Counted from the first letter of the stretch, positions 50,765-60,786 are shown. The stretch is 64,000 bases of DNA from Candidatus Velesiimonas alkalicola (GCA_013626165.1 NDHX01000004.1:64565-128564), one strand, 5' to 3'. Numbers and translations are program-made. The notes: generated from the letters alone by a model not told the origin.

Positions 50765-52135
50765 TTATTTTTTAAATTCTATTACTTCACATAAAGAAAT
50801 AAAAAAGGGCAAGTTGAAAGGCAGGTTTTTTCTGTTTATGCATTTTAAATTTACTTCTTTAATGATTCTTTGGGGGGTGAAAGAATTTATATGGTCTGGT
50901 ACCTTTACTGGCCTTCTCCCTAAAAAAAATCTTCCTATTGTCCACAATTTTTCATTGGGAAAAGTAATTATTAATATACCTCCTTTTTTAAGAATCCTTT
51001 TCATCTCCCGAATAGCCTTTCCATGCTCTAATATATGTTCCAAAACCTCAGTGCATATTATTACATCAAAACTTTCATCCTGAAAATCTTTTAAACATAA
51101 AATATTTCCTTCCATAAATCTGGCTGAAGGACAACGCTGAATTGCCTTTTCCAATGCAATTTTGGTTATATCCACCCCAAAAAAAACATTTTTTTGATTA
51201 TTACATAACATTTTACTTATTAAATGACCTTCACCACATCCTGCATCTAATATTCTAAGCCCTTCTTGTTTGGGAATTAATTTTAATATGGTATTTAATC
51301 TATTATTATGTATAAACCTGACCATTAAATTGGTGCTGTTATATAAATTATCCATATGGTCTTCGGGCATGAATATAGAATTATTTTTTCTAAAATCTCT
51401 ATTTCTTTTTATCTTACATTCCTTTTGATACAAAATGTTTATCTTGCAAATAGAATACAGCATCTTAAAAGGCTCCCTGAAAATTGTTACTTTACTTTGA
51501 AGAGAATTTGACCATGTAATAGAAACTTCTTTTATTTTACAGTATTTTTTGACAGCCCTGTAGAGGATTTCCACATCAAAGGCAAAGCCTTTCGTTTTCA
51601 GTTCACTGAAAAGCACTTTTCCAACTTCTTTCTTGAACAACTTAAACCCGCACTGGGTGTCTTTGAAGTTTTTCATTATTATAAGTCTGACAAGATACGG
51701 AAACATTTTTCCGATGTGCCTTCTGCACCAGGGTTGTGGAACAACTATTTTTGAATCTGGCAAGCCTCTGGAACCAATGGCAATGTCATACCCCTTGTCT
51801 ATTGCTTTTTTCAGTTTCTCAAACTCTTCTATGGGCGTTGATAAATCCGCATCGGAGAAAAGTATTATGTCTCCTTTTGCATTAAGAACCCCCTCTTTAA
51901 CCGCTGCCCCTTTCCCTCTATTTTTGGGAAAGCAGATTAAAGATATGCGGTTATTTCTTTCTCCTGCTTTCTTAATAATCTCTGATGTTCTATCCTTGCT
52001 TCCGTCATCAACAACAATAATTTCATAAGAATATCTATTCTTTAAATATTCCACTATTGTAGATAAGGTCTTTTCAATTTTGTCTGCCTCGTTATAAGCA
52101 GGAATAACAACACTTAAAAATATATCATCTGCCAT
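50765..52135 (-). CDS. GT2 polyprenyl-phosphate glycosyltransferase fused to a class I SAM methyltransferase
   Basis: SVVIPAYNE, VDDGS, DADLS, DTQCGFK, FDVE; then LDAGCGEG and EVLEH. Confidence 0.82.
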   Translation of the reverse strand: MADDIFLSVVIPAYNEADKIEKTLSTIVEYLKNRYSYEIIVVDDGSKDRTSEIIKKAGERNNRISLICFPKNRGKGAAVKEGVLNAKGDIILFSDADLSTPIEEFEKLKKAIDKGYDIAIGSRGLPDSKIVVPQPWCRRHIGKMFPYLVRLIIMKNFKDTQCGFKLFKKEVGKVLFSELKTKGFAFDVEILYRAVKKYCKIKEVSITWSNSLQSKVTIFREPFKMLYSICKINILYQKECKIKRNRDFRKNNSIFMPEDHMDNLYNSTNLMVRFIHNNRLNTILKLIPKQEGLRILDAGCGEGHLISKMLCNNQKNVFFGVDITKIALEKAIQRCPSARFMEGNILCLKDFQDESFDVIICTEVLEHILEHGKAIREMKRILKKGGILIITFPNEKLWTIGRFFLGRRPVKVPDHINSFTPQRIIKEVNLKCINRKNLPFNLPFFISLCEVIEFKK

Positions 52136-52154
52136 TTTTATATTTCTCTATTTA

Positions 52155-53348
52155 TCATTTTTCTCTGTTGGTAATTTCTTTAATAAAACAAATCCCTGCT
52201 GCTGCATATAGATGGATATATGGCATTATGGGAAGTCTGTATCTTATAGAACCAAGAATAATTGTATGTAAAAGGGTAAAGAATAGAATGGGAAACCAGA
52301 TGGGAAATAAGTCTTTAAATTTATTTTTTGTTTTCCAAAAACCCATTATTGCACATATATACACCGGAACCGTCCACAAAAAACTTATTATCCTAAATTT
52401 TAAGTCCTGATAATCTTTTGCACGTGGAACAACAGCCCAGAACCTTTTTTGTTTTTCAACTGCTAACCTTAGAACTTTTCCGGGGTTATTTATTATAAAC
52501 TCTTTTGCTCGCATTTTACAATAATTGTCCCGCTCTATCTCGTCTTTTATCTGATAAATATATTGAATACCTGGAATGTTGTTCTGACCGGCACCACCTG
52601 TGGCATTGGGATTGTTGGATTCTAAAAGTATAATGCCTCCTCCCGTTGCAATGATAAATCTGTTGTAACGGATATAGTTCCTGATAATCCAGGGTGATAA
52701 CCCTGCTCCTGCTACAAGTAAGACAATAATATAATAGTATGTTTTAGTTCTGTGGACCAAACCCCTGCAAATAGATATCAGGATAAGTGCAAAACCAAGA
52801 TATAAAAGCACTGGTTTTATTAAAACACCTGCTGCAAAAAGTATTCCACAGACCAGAGCAATTATCATAGATGATGGTCTGCTTAAAAGTATGAGACATA
52901 ATATAAATCCTAACAGTACTGTTATAAATACTGTTTCTGTAAGTAAAAGCCCGCAAAAAAATATTAAAAAAGGATCCCAACAGTATAAAAAACCTGCAAT
53001 AATTCCTACATCTTTACTGATAATTTTAGAGCCTATTTTATAAAGAATAAAAGCCGACACACAGTCAAGGATAGACTGAACAATCCATACGATCTTAAAA
53101 CTATGGCCAAAAATAAAATAAACTGCCGAAAGAAAAAAAGGATACGCAGGTGCAGTAGCTATTGTGGGATATCCCTTACCTTCTAATATACTAAGGCCAA
53201 GGGCATCATAACGGTAAGAGTCAGGGAATTTTAAGTCTTCTTTTAGTGTAATTACATATCCTATTCTTAAAAATAGCCCGATAAGAATTATGTAAAAGAT
53301 AATATTTTTTGGTTTTATTCTATTACAGTTCCGGAGAGTCATAATCAA
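52155..53348 (-). CDS. GT-C (GT39/PMT_2-like) membrane glycosyltransferase
   Basis: PDSYRY, PAYPFFL, LLTETVF, PWIIRNY, RYRLPI. Confidence 0.75.
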   Translation of the reverse strand: MIMTLRNCNRIKPKNIIFYIILIGLFLRIGYVITLKEDLKFPDSYRYDALGLSILEGKGYPTIATAPAYPFFLSAVYFIFGHSFKIVWIVQSILDCVSAFILYKIGSKIISKDVGIIAGFLYCWDPFLIFFCGLLLTETVFITVLLGFILCLILLSRPSSMIIALVCGILFAAGVLIKPVLLYLGFALILISICRGLVHRTKTYYYIIVLLVAGAGLSPWIIRNYIRYNRFIIATGGGIILLESNNPNATGGAGQNNIPGIQYIYQIKDEIERDNYCKMRAKEFIINNPGKVLRLAVEKQKRFWAVVPRAKDYQDLKFRIISFLWTVPVYICAIMGFWKTKNKFKDLFPIWFPILFFTLLHTIILGSIRYRLPIMPYIHLYAAAGICFIKEITNREK

Positions 53349-54495
53349 ATGAGGATAATTTATTCCTTTTCCTTTCTTCTAAAAAATCAATGTATAAAGA
53401 TTCAATACTATCAACCATCTTTTCAATGGTATAATTTTTTTCTATAAATTCTTTTGCATTTCTTCCCATCTCAGGAATCATCTGTGGGTTGTTAAGTAAT
53501 CTTTCAATCGCATCCGCAAGTGCAACAGGATTGGCTGATGGAACAAGCAGTCCTGTTTTGTTGTCCTGTATAAGTTCAAGAATCCCCCCTACGTTTGTTG
53601 CAATAATCGGCTTTTTAAGTGCCATAGCCTCCATTACAGAAACAGGCAATCCCTCCCACAAAGAAGAAAGCACAAATATGTCCGATGCACCGAGAAGATG
53701 GACGATATCATCTCTGAACCCCAATAAAAAAACATCTTTTTCAATCTTTAAATTTCTTATTCCTTTTTCAAGAAAACCTCTTAAAGCTCCTTCGCCTACA
53801 ATTATAGCCTTTGGCTTTGGGGATACTAAACCCCTATCTTTTATAATTTTCATTGCTTTTAAAAGAAAAATCTGCCCTTTTGGTTTTCTTAAATTTCCGA
53901 TATTGATAAGAAGAGGTGTATTGTGATGTATCCCAATAGAATCTCTTATATCTATTCCTATACCCTTAAACTCATACTGTTTTATATCTATTCCGTTGGG
54001 AATATATAGAAGTTTTTCTTTTTTATGTTTTTCCCTGCAAAGCATTGTATTATAAACTGCCAAACTATTGCAGATAATTGCATCACATAAAAAACCGGTA
54101 TACCTGTCAAGAAAAATATGGTACCACTTCTTCCATTCATCTGTGCTTCTTTGACTATTTATAATGAGCGGAATTTTTGTGTGAATTCTAATAATGCGAG
54201 ACAGGATGTTTGAATGGAAAAGATATGAGTGAAGAATCTGAATTTTATTTTGTTTAAGAAATCTTTTTAGATAAAAATATGCTCTTATCGCCCCAAAAAT
54301 ATTTTTAACATTTAAGCATTCTGACTTAAACCCCATTTTTTTTACAATATCTGCAAGGGGTCCTCCTGGTTTAAGACACATAAAAAAAATATTAAATTTA
54401 GTTCTGTCTGCTTTTTTTAAAAACTCTATCAGTATCTTTTCTGTCCCACCGATGCGTGAATCAGTAGTTAAAATAAGAACATTAATATTTTTCAT
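53323..54495 (-). CDS. GT4 glycosyltransferase
   Basis: GGTEK, IPNGID, KGQ, SLWEGLPVSVMEAMA. Confidence 0.9.
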   Translation of the reverse strand: MKNINVLILTTDSRIGGTEKILIEFLKKADRTKFNIFFMCLKPGGPLADIVKKMGFKSECLNVKNIFGAIRAYFYLKRFLKQNKIQILHSYLFHSNILSRIIRIHTKIPLIINSQRSTDEWKKWYHIFLDRYTGFLCDAIICNSLAVYNTMLCREKHKKEKLLYIPNGIDIKQYEFKGIGIDIRDSIGIHHNTPLLINIGNLRKPKGQIFLLKAMKIIKDRGLVSPKPKAIIVGEGALRGFLEKGIRNLKIEKDVFLLGFRDDIVHLLGASDIFVLSSLWEGLPVSVMEAMALKKPIIATNVGGILELIQDNKTGLLVPSANPVALADAIERLLNNPQMIPEMGRNAKEFIEKNYTIEKMVDSIESLYIDFLEERKRNKLSSFDYDSPEL

Positions 54496-54508
54496 TTTTT
54501 ATAATATT

Positions 54509-54651
54509 AGGTCGTTGAAAAAGTTATCAACGGTCCTGATTGCACCAATTTTAAAAAACGAGGACACAGATAACATCGTCGGAACTTAACCTGTGTACTC
54601 TTGTTTTTAATCTGTATAATCAAAAATTGTGAGGGGATTTTTCAACAACCT
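54509..54651. mobile_element. MITE-like element overlapping the rfbD 3' end
   Basis: TIRs AGGTCGTTGAAAAA / TTTTTCAACAACCT (13/14) with a degenerate ACACAGAT/ATCTGT core. Confidence 0.55.
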
Positions 54652-55474
54652 CAATATATGAAGATAGTGCATCTGCCCATCTCCGTAATTTAAGCCCTAT
54701 TTTTTGAAGATAAATGCTTTTTGATGCAACAGACATCCCTCTGTCTGCCGGAAGATTAAAAAAAGATGATAAAACAGGTATAACCTTAACATCAGAATGG
54801 AGTATCTTAACTATCTGTTTTGCCATTTCATATCTTGAACATATACCATCGTTGGTTATATGATAAATTCCGAATCTGTCGGTTTTAATCAAGGCTCTTA
54901 TTGCTTCTACCAAATCAAATGTATATGTGGGGCTCCCCCTTAAATCATCAACAGCTTTTATTGTTTTTTCTCCTTTTTTTATCTGTGAAACAATTTTACC
55001 TACAAACTTTTTATCTTTTGTCCCTCCTCCAAAAAGCCAGCAGGTTCTTACAATATAAAACCTTTCAAGCATAGACCGAATTATCTTTTCACCTTCAATC
55101 TTTGTCTTACCATAAAAATTTACAGGGTTAGGAATATCTTCTTCGGTATAAAATTCTTTCTTACCGTCAAACACCTCTGTTGTGCTTATAAAGACAGGTA
55201 TTGTATTATATTTTTTACAGGCAATAGCAATATTTTCTGTTCCTTGTATGTTGTATCTTCTTGCCAACCCCTGTTCTTTTTCGCATCTGTCAACATCGGT
55301 CATTGCCGCAAGATGAATAACAAAATCGGGTTTTATTTTTTCAAAAACATCCCGCACATTTTTTTTATCTGTAATATCTAGGCTTTTTCTGTCCGTGGGG
55401 AAAATCTCGCCCTTATCAAAAATAACAGAACAATAACTTCCAACCACACCCTGTGAACCGGTTATAAGTATCAT
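54620..55474 (-). CDS. rfbD: dTDP-4-dehydrorhamnose reductase
   Basis: ITGSQGVVG, AAMTDVDRCE, YGKTK, GSPTY. Confidence 0.9.
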   Translation of the reverse strand: MILITGSQGVVGSYCSVIFDKGEIFPTDRKSLDITDKKNVRDVFEKIKPDFVIHLAAMTDVDRCEKEQGLARRYNIQGTENIAIACKKYNTIPVFISTTEVFDGKKEFYTEEDIPNPVNFYGKTKIEGEKIIRSMLERFYIVRTCWLFGGGTKDKKFVGKIVSQIKKGEKTIKAVDDLRGSPTYTFDLVEAIRALIKTDRFGIYHITNDGICSRYEMAKQIVKILHSDVKVIPVLSSFFNLPADRGMSVASKSIYLQKIGLKLRRWADALSSYIEVVEKSPHNF

Positions 55475-55527
55475 TTTTTCATCCTCCAGCTCTTGTGAGC
55501 TCAGGGCTTCAGTTCATCCGCCAATTT

Positions 55528-56460
55528 TTAGAGTCCGTGAGCGTACCACTCTATTGTTTTTATTAAACCTTCTTCAAAATCTACTCTTGGTTTCCAGCCA
55601 AGAGATTTAATTTTCCCTGCATCTACAGCATACCTTCTATCATGTCCGGGCCTATCCTGGACAAATTCAATACAATCTTTGGTTTTATTCATTGCTTTAA
55701 GAATTTTAGAACACAGTTCAAAATTTGTCATTTCTATACCGGATGCAACGTTATAGGTTTGACCATCTTCCCCCTTGTGTAAAACAAGGTCTATCGCAGA
55801 GCAGTTATCCTCAACATATAACCAGTCTCTGATATTAAGCCCATCGCCATAGAGTGGAACTTTTTTATTTTTAAGTATATTTGTTATAAAAAGCGGTATT
55901 ATTTTTTCAGGGTACTGGCAGGAACCATAATTATTAGAACTTCTTGTTATAACTATCGGCATCTTATATGTTTTGAAATATGAAATACATATGATGTCTG
56001 CTGATGCCTTGCTTGCAGAATACGGACTTGAAGGATTTAAGAGAGATTTTTCTGTAAAAACTCCTTTTTCAATACTTCCATAAACCTCATCTGTGCTTAT
56101 TTGTAAAAATTTTTTTACATCTAATTCTTTGCCTATCTCAAGAAGACTGTGTGTTCCTATAATGTTTGTTCTTATAAAAGATGCGGTATCATTTATTGAA
56201 CGGTCCACATGGCTTTCTGCTGCAAAATTCAAGACTGCACTGCACCCTTGCATTGCTCTTTTTACGATATCGCAATCGCATATATCACCTTTTATAAATT
56301 TATACCTCGGGTTATGCTCTATATCTTTCAAATTATCAAGATTACCTGCATATGTTAAAAGGTCTAAGTTGACAATTTCATCTTCACGGTGTTGTTTTAT
56401 ATAATACTTTATAAAATTACTCCCGATAAAGCCAGCCCCGCCTGTAATAAGTACTCTCAT
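55528..56460 (-). CDS. rfbB: dTDP-glucose 4,6-dehydratase
   Basis: GGAGFIGS, AAESHVDRSI, STDEVYG, YSASKA, DRPGHDRRY. Confidence 0.95.
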   Translation of the reverse strand: MRVLITGGAGFIGSNFIKYYIKQHREDEIVNLDLLTYAGNLDNLKDIEHNPRYKFIKGDICDCDIVKRAMQGCSAVLNFAAESHVDRSINDTASFIRTNIIGTHSLLEIGKELDVKKFLQISTDEVYGSIEKGVFTEKSLLNPSSPYSASKASADIICISYFKTYKMPIVITRSSNNYGSCQYPEKIIPLFITNILKNKKVPLYGDGLNIRDWLYVEDNCSAIDLVLHKGEDGQTYNVASGIEMTNFELCSKILKAMNKTKDCIEFVQDRPGHDRRYAVDAGKIKSLGWKPRVDFEEGLIKTIEWYAHGL

Positions 56461-56471
56461 TTTTTGCCCCC

Positions 56472-57263
56472 CTAAAACCCGTAGTTCGTAACCCGTTCTC
56501 TGTTTCCTGTTATTTTGTCACCTGTCACCTGTCGCCTTTGTTTTTTTGCCACTAAACTGTTTGCCATTAAAAGCGAATCAAATGTGCCTGCATCCGTCCA
56601 CCAGCACTTCATAATATCATATTCCATCTGATGCCATTCAATATACTGGTTGTTGACATCTGTTATCTCCAGTTCTTTTCTCTCAGATGGTTTTAATTTT
56701 TTTATAATTTCAAAGACCTTGCTATCATACATATATATACCTGTAACTGCATAATCAGAAACAAAATGTTTTGGCTTCTCTACAATTCTTATGAGCTTTT
56801 TGCCTTGTAGTTTTGCGACACCGAATCTATCGGCATCCTTTACCTTCTTTAAAATAATTCTTGCCCCTTGCCTTTGATTGGCAAAATGTTGAACGCTTTC
56901 ACTTATACTTCCACCTATGATATTATCTCCTAACACAACAACTAATTTATTACTTCCTGCTCCGAAATGTTCAGCAAGCCCAAGCGCCTCTGCAATTCCA
57001 CCCTCTTTTTTTTGATATGTGTAGTTTAAGTGTTTAAGCCCAAACCCTTTTCCATCCCCAAGTAGCCTTAAAAAATCTCCGGCATTACTCCCCCCCGTTA
57101 CAATCATAATATCTTTTATTCCTGCATCAACAAGCATCTGTATAGGATAATATATCATCGGTTTATTAAACACTGGCAAAAGATGTTTGTTTGTAACAGA
57201 TGTCAATGGATAAAGCCTTAAGCCTAAGCCTCCTGCAAGAACAATCCCTTTCATATCAGCCAT
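56472..57263 (-). CDS. rfbA: Glucose-1-phosphate thymidylyltransferase (SpsI/RmlA-type)
   Basis: LAGGLGLRL, KHLLPV, LGDN, ELEITDVN, WTDAGT. Confidence 0.9.
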   Translation of the reverse strand: MADMKGIVLAGGLGLRLYPLTSVTNKHLLPVFNKPMIYYPIQMLVDAGIKDIMIVTGGSNAGDFLRLLGDGKGFGLKHLNYTYQKKEGGIAEALGLAEHFGAGSNKLVVVLGDNIIGGSISESVQHFANQRQGARIILKKVKDADRFGVAKLQGKKLIRIVEKPKHFVSDYAVTGIYMYDSKVFEIIKKLKPSERKELEITDVNNQYIEWHQMEYDIMKCWWTDAGTFDSLLMANSLVAKKQRRQVTGDKITGNRERVTNYGF

Positions 57264-57723
57264 CTATCTCTTCCCAGTCGTAGTCTATATCCTTACTATG
57301 GGGTTTAACTCTATACTCATCGGGTTGTTGATAGTTATACAACATATCCGGAACATTTATAACTATTGATTCTTCTTTACCAATACACTTTAAACCATGT
57401 AGAATACCTGGGGGAATTTGAACAAGTAATGGATTATATACTCCTATGCAATACTCAGATATTGTCCCTTTTGTTACGGAACCTTCCCTATTATCATAAA
57501 GAGCAAGAATAACCATCCCGCTTACACAGGTCATACTATCCGTCTGTTTCTTGTGATAATGCCATGCTTTTACAACCCCCGGAAGAACAGTGGTAATATA
57601 CACCTGACCGAACCCTTTATAAAGAACATCATCGCACCTTAAAATTTCCATCAGCCTTCCTCTTTTATCAGGTATGATATTTAACCGTTTTGTTTGGACG
57701 CCTTCTATGTTTTTCATAACCAC
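57256..57723 (-). CDS. rfbC: dTDP-4-dehydrorhamnose 3,5-epimerase family
   Basis: DKRG, KAWHYH, IPPGILHG. Confidence 0.85.
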   Translation of the reverse strand: MVMKNIEGVQTKRLNIIPDKRGRLMEILRCDDVLYKGFGQVYITTVLPGVVKAWHYHKKQTDSMTCVSGMVILALYDNREGSVTKGTISEYCIGVYNPLLVQIPPGILHGLKCIGKEESIVINVPDMLYNYQQPDEYRVKPHSKDIDYDWEEIDG

Positions 57724-57734
57724 TCCGAATCAAT

Positions 57735-58472
57735 TTATCTTACGCCGATTACTTCATCGTCATTTGTAGGAACAATCTCCTTACCGGGTTGCACAATTAA
57801 AAAATCTTTATCATAATTGTCGTCTATTAATTTTCTTAAAATATTAGAATCGCCTTTTAGCTCTTCCCATTCCCATTTTTTTTTATCTGCCATCTTTTTT
57901 GAAAATTTTCTATAATCGGGCGCCTCTCCCAAATCAAGGCTTATATATGCAATCTTTTTGTAGTTTTTCCCGGGGTCGAGCATCTCCCACAGATACCTGC
58001 CATTTTCTTCTCCATATTGTTTTACATAATCTTCCAATGTTAACGGCAGGTTTGCAACCTCTTTAGGCCCTAATTGCCGGGTTTCCTCTCCTCCTCTTTC
58101 AATCCATCCTGTTGTATGAAAATATGTTCCCGTGTTGTTAAAAAAATACTCTTTATATCTTTTTCTTGAGCCAAGAAAAAGTGTAATGCAGTCATGCGCC
58201 TTCGGAACAACTATCGGAATATTCCCTGCCTTTAATCCTACTATGCCATTGTTGCAGAGAGCATAGCCCAAGACAATATTACGATACTTTTTTTCATCAA
58301 CCTTGTCTATCTCGCTTTGCAGTATCTGACGCATCTTCTCTCCGCCTAAATCATGCAGACCCTTGGGCATAAATATCACATCAAACACCTCTTCGGAAGA
58401 TGATAAGAGGGCGCAAATCTCCCTAAAAAATATTTCACAAACTATTAAATAACTTCTTCTTTGCATCTTCAA
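57735..58472 (-). CDS. DUF1638-family protein
   Basis: GLHD, LGYALCNNG, HDCITLFLGS, GTYFHTTGW. Confidence 0.75.
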   Translation of the reverse strand: MKMQRRSYLIVCEIFFREICALLSSSEEVFDVIFMPKGLHDLGGEKMRQILQSEIDKVDEKKYRNIVLGYALCNNGIVGLKAGNIPIVVPKAHDCITLFLGSRKRYKEYFFNNTGTYFHTTGWIERGGEETRQLGPKEVANLPLTLEDYVKQYGEENGRYLWEMLDPGKNYKKIAYISLDLGEAPDYRKFSKKMADKKKWEWEELKGDSNILRKLIDDNYDKDFLIVQPGKEIVPTNDDEVIGVR

Positions 58473-59496
58473 TACACCTTCCCATTAACTGTCCGCATCC
58501 GGCCTGCACTTGCGCACCCTGACTTGCTCTTACTGTTACAGGTATTTTGTGTTTTTTTAATATTTTTGTAAACTCATGCATTGATTTTTTTGACGATTTT
58601 TTAAATCCGAGACCTTCTGTTTTATTATACTCTATAAGATTTACCTTACAGAGTATGCCGGAAATAATCTTTGAAAGCAGTATCGCATCTTTTATCCTGT
58701 CATTAACATTTTTTAAAGATACATATTCAAATGTTATCTGTCTGTTCGTTTTTTTTATATATTCCCTGCAGGTTAAGATAAGTTTTTTTAACGGATACTT
58801 TTTATTTAAAGGAACAAGTTCGGTTCTTAAATTATTGTCCGCCGAATGTAAGGATATTGCAAGTTCTATCTGCATATCTTCATCTGCCAATTTTTCTATT
58901 CCTTCTATGACCCCTGCTGTTGAAATCGTTATTCTACGTGCTCCTATCTTTCCTGCCTCAGGATGATTAAATATTTTTATGGATTTTATTACATTTTCAT
59001 AATTTAACAAAGGCTCACCCATCCCCATAAATACAATGTGTGATGCAAAAAACCCCTCCGGAGGCGTAATCAAAAACTGACCTACAATTTCAGAAGTTGT
59101 AAGATTCCTTATAAAACCCATCTGCCCGCTTGCACAGAATTTACATCTTACCGGACATCCAGATTGTGTGGATATGCAAACAGCGCCATAATTTCTTCTG
59201 GGAAGCCATACTGATTCAGTAAACCCTCCATCCTGCATCTCTAAAAGCCTTTTACAGGTTCCATCGTTTGAAGATACATCTGCAACAACTTTAAGGGAGA
59301 ATATTTTAAATCCGTCAGTCAGCACCTTTCTTAAATCAACAGAGATGTTTGTCATTAAATTAAAATCAAATATTCTTTTTTTATATATCCAGTTCAGAAC
59401 CTGTTCTGCCCTGTATTTATCAAATCCCCTCTGTGAAATTTTATTCTGAAACTCCTCCGGCAAAAAATCAGTTATATATTTTATCTGTTGTGTCAT
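58435..59496 (-). CDS. rlmN: 23S rRNA m2A2503/tRNA methyltransferase RlmN
   Basis: CISTQSGCPVRCKFC, MGMGEP, ISLH, GCGQL. Confidence 0.93.
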   Translation of the reverse strand: MTQQIKYITDFLPEEFQNKISQRGFDKYRAEQVLNWIYKKRIFDFNLMTNISVDLRKVLTDGFKIFSLKVVADVSSNDGTCKRLLEMQDGGFTESVWLPRRNYGAVCISTQSGCPVRCKFCASGQMGFIRNLTTSEIVGQFLITPPEGFFASHIVFMGMGEPLLNYENVIKSIKIFNHPEAGKIGARRITISTAGVIEGIEKLADEDMQIELAISLHSADNNLRTELVPLNKKYPLKKLILTCREYIKKTNRQITFEYVSLKNVNDRIKDAILLSKIISGILCKVNLIEYNKTEGLGFKKSSKKSMHEFTKILKKHKIPVTVRASQGAQVQAGCGQLMGRCIEDAKKKLFNSL

Positions 59497-59510
59497 AAAA
59501 TCCCATCATT

Positions 59511-59594
59511 TGTAGTCCATCGCCCGTAGTCTGTATTCTGTTGTCCGTCACCCGTATTCCGTATTTCGTTTTTTTACGGTATACAATATACGGC
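59511..59594. repeat. CCGTATT-family heptamer hairpin
   Basis: CCGTAGT/CTGTATT/CCGTATT units followed by TACGG...ATACGG. Confidence 0.6.
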
Positions 59595-59595
59595 C

Positions 59596-59623
59596 TTTGG
59601 AGCTGGTGATCGGAAATTGAACC
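59596..59623 (-). repeat. Duplicate of the tRNA-Thr 3' end (att-like)
   Basis: TTTGGAGCTGGTGATCGGA identical to 59745-59763. Confidence 0.75.
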
Positions 59624-59746
59624 ATCGCTTACGCTCTTTAAGGGAAAACCAATGTTTTTCCCTTAATATTCCCTTTCCTTTTAAAACACAGGGGAAAACT
59701 AACCTTTTCCCCTGAGACCCCTTTGGTGGTTCAAATCCTTTATTTT

Positions 59747-59821
59747 TGGAGCTGGTGATCGGATTTGAACCGATGGCCAGCGGTTTACGAAACCGCTGCT
59801 CTACCACTGAGCTACACCAGC
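59747..59821 (-). tRNA. tRNA-Thr(CGT)
   Basis: Reverse complement GCTGGTG...CACCAGC-T-CCA; anticodon arm GCGGT-TT-CGT-AA-ACCGC. Confidence 0.95.
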
Positions 59822-59985
59822 ACAGAAACTTAAAGATAATTCGCCCTCTATCTTCTACACCATAACCAGTATTGTATAATATCAAGAAGATACAATCAAT
59901 AATGCCATTTAGGAATTGAAGGCAAATGCTAAATTCGTCAAAAACTATGTATTTTTAATTCTTGAATGACAACCAAAAAAACTAC

Positions 59986-60040
59986 TTGACAAATTAAATT
60001 GAATATATTAAACTAATCTAACAAATAAAGGTATATCTAA
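59986..60040 (+). promoter_or_regulatory. Promoter of the DtxR-family gene with overlapping imperfect operator-like sites
   Basis: TTGACA-N17-TAAACT; TTAAACTAATCTAA and AAAGGTATATCTAA overlap or follow the -10. Confidence 0.5.
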
Positions 60041-60057
60041 ATAATTTTTGAGACAGT

Positions 60058-60552
60058 ATGGAAAATAAAAAGAATAAAAAGTTAAGTTCAAATATGGAAG
60101 ATTATTTGGAGGCTGTCGCTGTGCTTAAGAAGAAGAACGGTGTTGCCAGGGCAGGGGGTATTAGCAATCTTTTAAATGTAAAGGCTTCAAGCGTAACCAG
60201 TGCCTTGAACACACTTGCCAAAAGCGGATTCGTTCTCCATGAAAGATATGGCTATGTTGAACTTACCAAGAAAGGGAAAGAATTATCTCATCATATTCAG
60301 AAACAGCATGATATACTAACTAAGTTTTTAACCGATGTTTTAAGTGTAGATTCCACCATAGCTATAGAAGATGCCTGTAAGATGGAGCACACCCTAAGCC
60401 CGCAAACCTTCCAGAAGTTAACAGAGTTTATAAAATTTGTAGCAATCCGCCCCGATGGTCAAAGGCCCGAGTGGTTAAAAAGTTTAGACTATTACCTTAA
60501 AACAGGAAAGCGGCTCAGGTGTAAAATAAAAAAGATAAAACAAGGACTTTAA
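60058..60552 (+). CDS. DtxR/MntR-family metal-dependent repressor
   Basis: MEDYLE, wHTH, YGYVELT, DACKMEH. Confidence 0.92.
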   Translation: MENKKNKKLSSNMEDYLEAVAVLKKKNGVARAGGISNLLNVKASSVTSALNTLAKSGFVLHERYGYVELTKKGKELSHHIQKQHDILTKFLTDVLSVDSTIAIEDACKMEHTLSPQTFQKLTEFIKFVAIRPDGQRPEWLKSLDYYLKTGKRLRCKIKKIKQGL

Positions 60553-60576
60553 AGAAGATAATTTTTTAATGTAAAA

Positions 60577-60609
60577 GTTAGAAATATCTAACATAGTTAT
60601 ATATCTAAA
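60577..60609. promoter_or_regulatory. DtxR-type operator(s) upstream of feoA
   Basis: GTTAGAAATATCTAAC (TTAG-N6-CTAA palindrome) followed by a degenerate second copy. Confidence 0.55.
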
Positions 60610-60615
60610 ACAAAT

Positions 60616-60759
60616 AGGGCTTCACAAAATTCGTTTAAGCCCTATTGATTACATTGATTAAAATTCAGATTACACAGATTAAATGCCGTCGAGACCATCT
60701 GTGTAATCTTTCAAAAATCTGTGTAATCAACAGCCCTGAGCTAATTTTGTGAAGGGCTG
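60616..60759. mobile_element. MITE-like element with a 12-bp flanking duplication
   Basis: TIR CTTCACAAAATT/AATTTTGTGAAG; TCTAAAACAAAT at 60604-60615 and 60760-60771; GATTACACAGATT core. Confidence 0.75.
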
Positions 60760-60786
60760 TCTAAAACAAATGAAAGGAGGGGTAAA

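Noticed and set aside
59574-59885. 103-aa minus-strand ORF
   Set aside because: It spans tRNA-Thr and its duplicated end.
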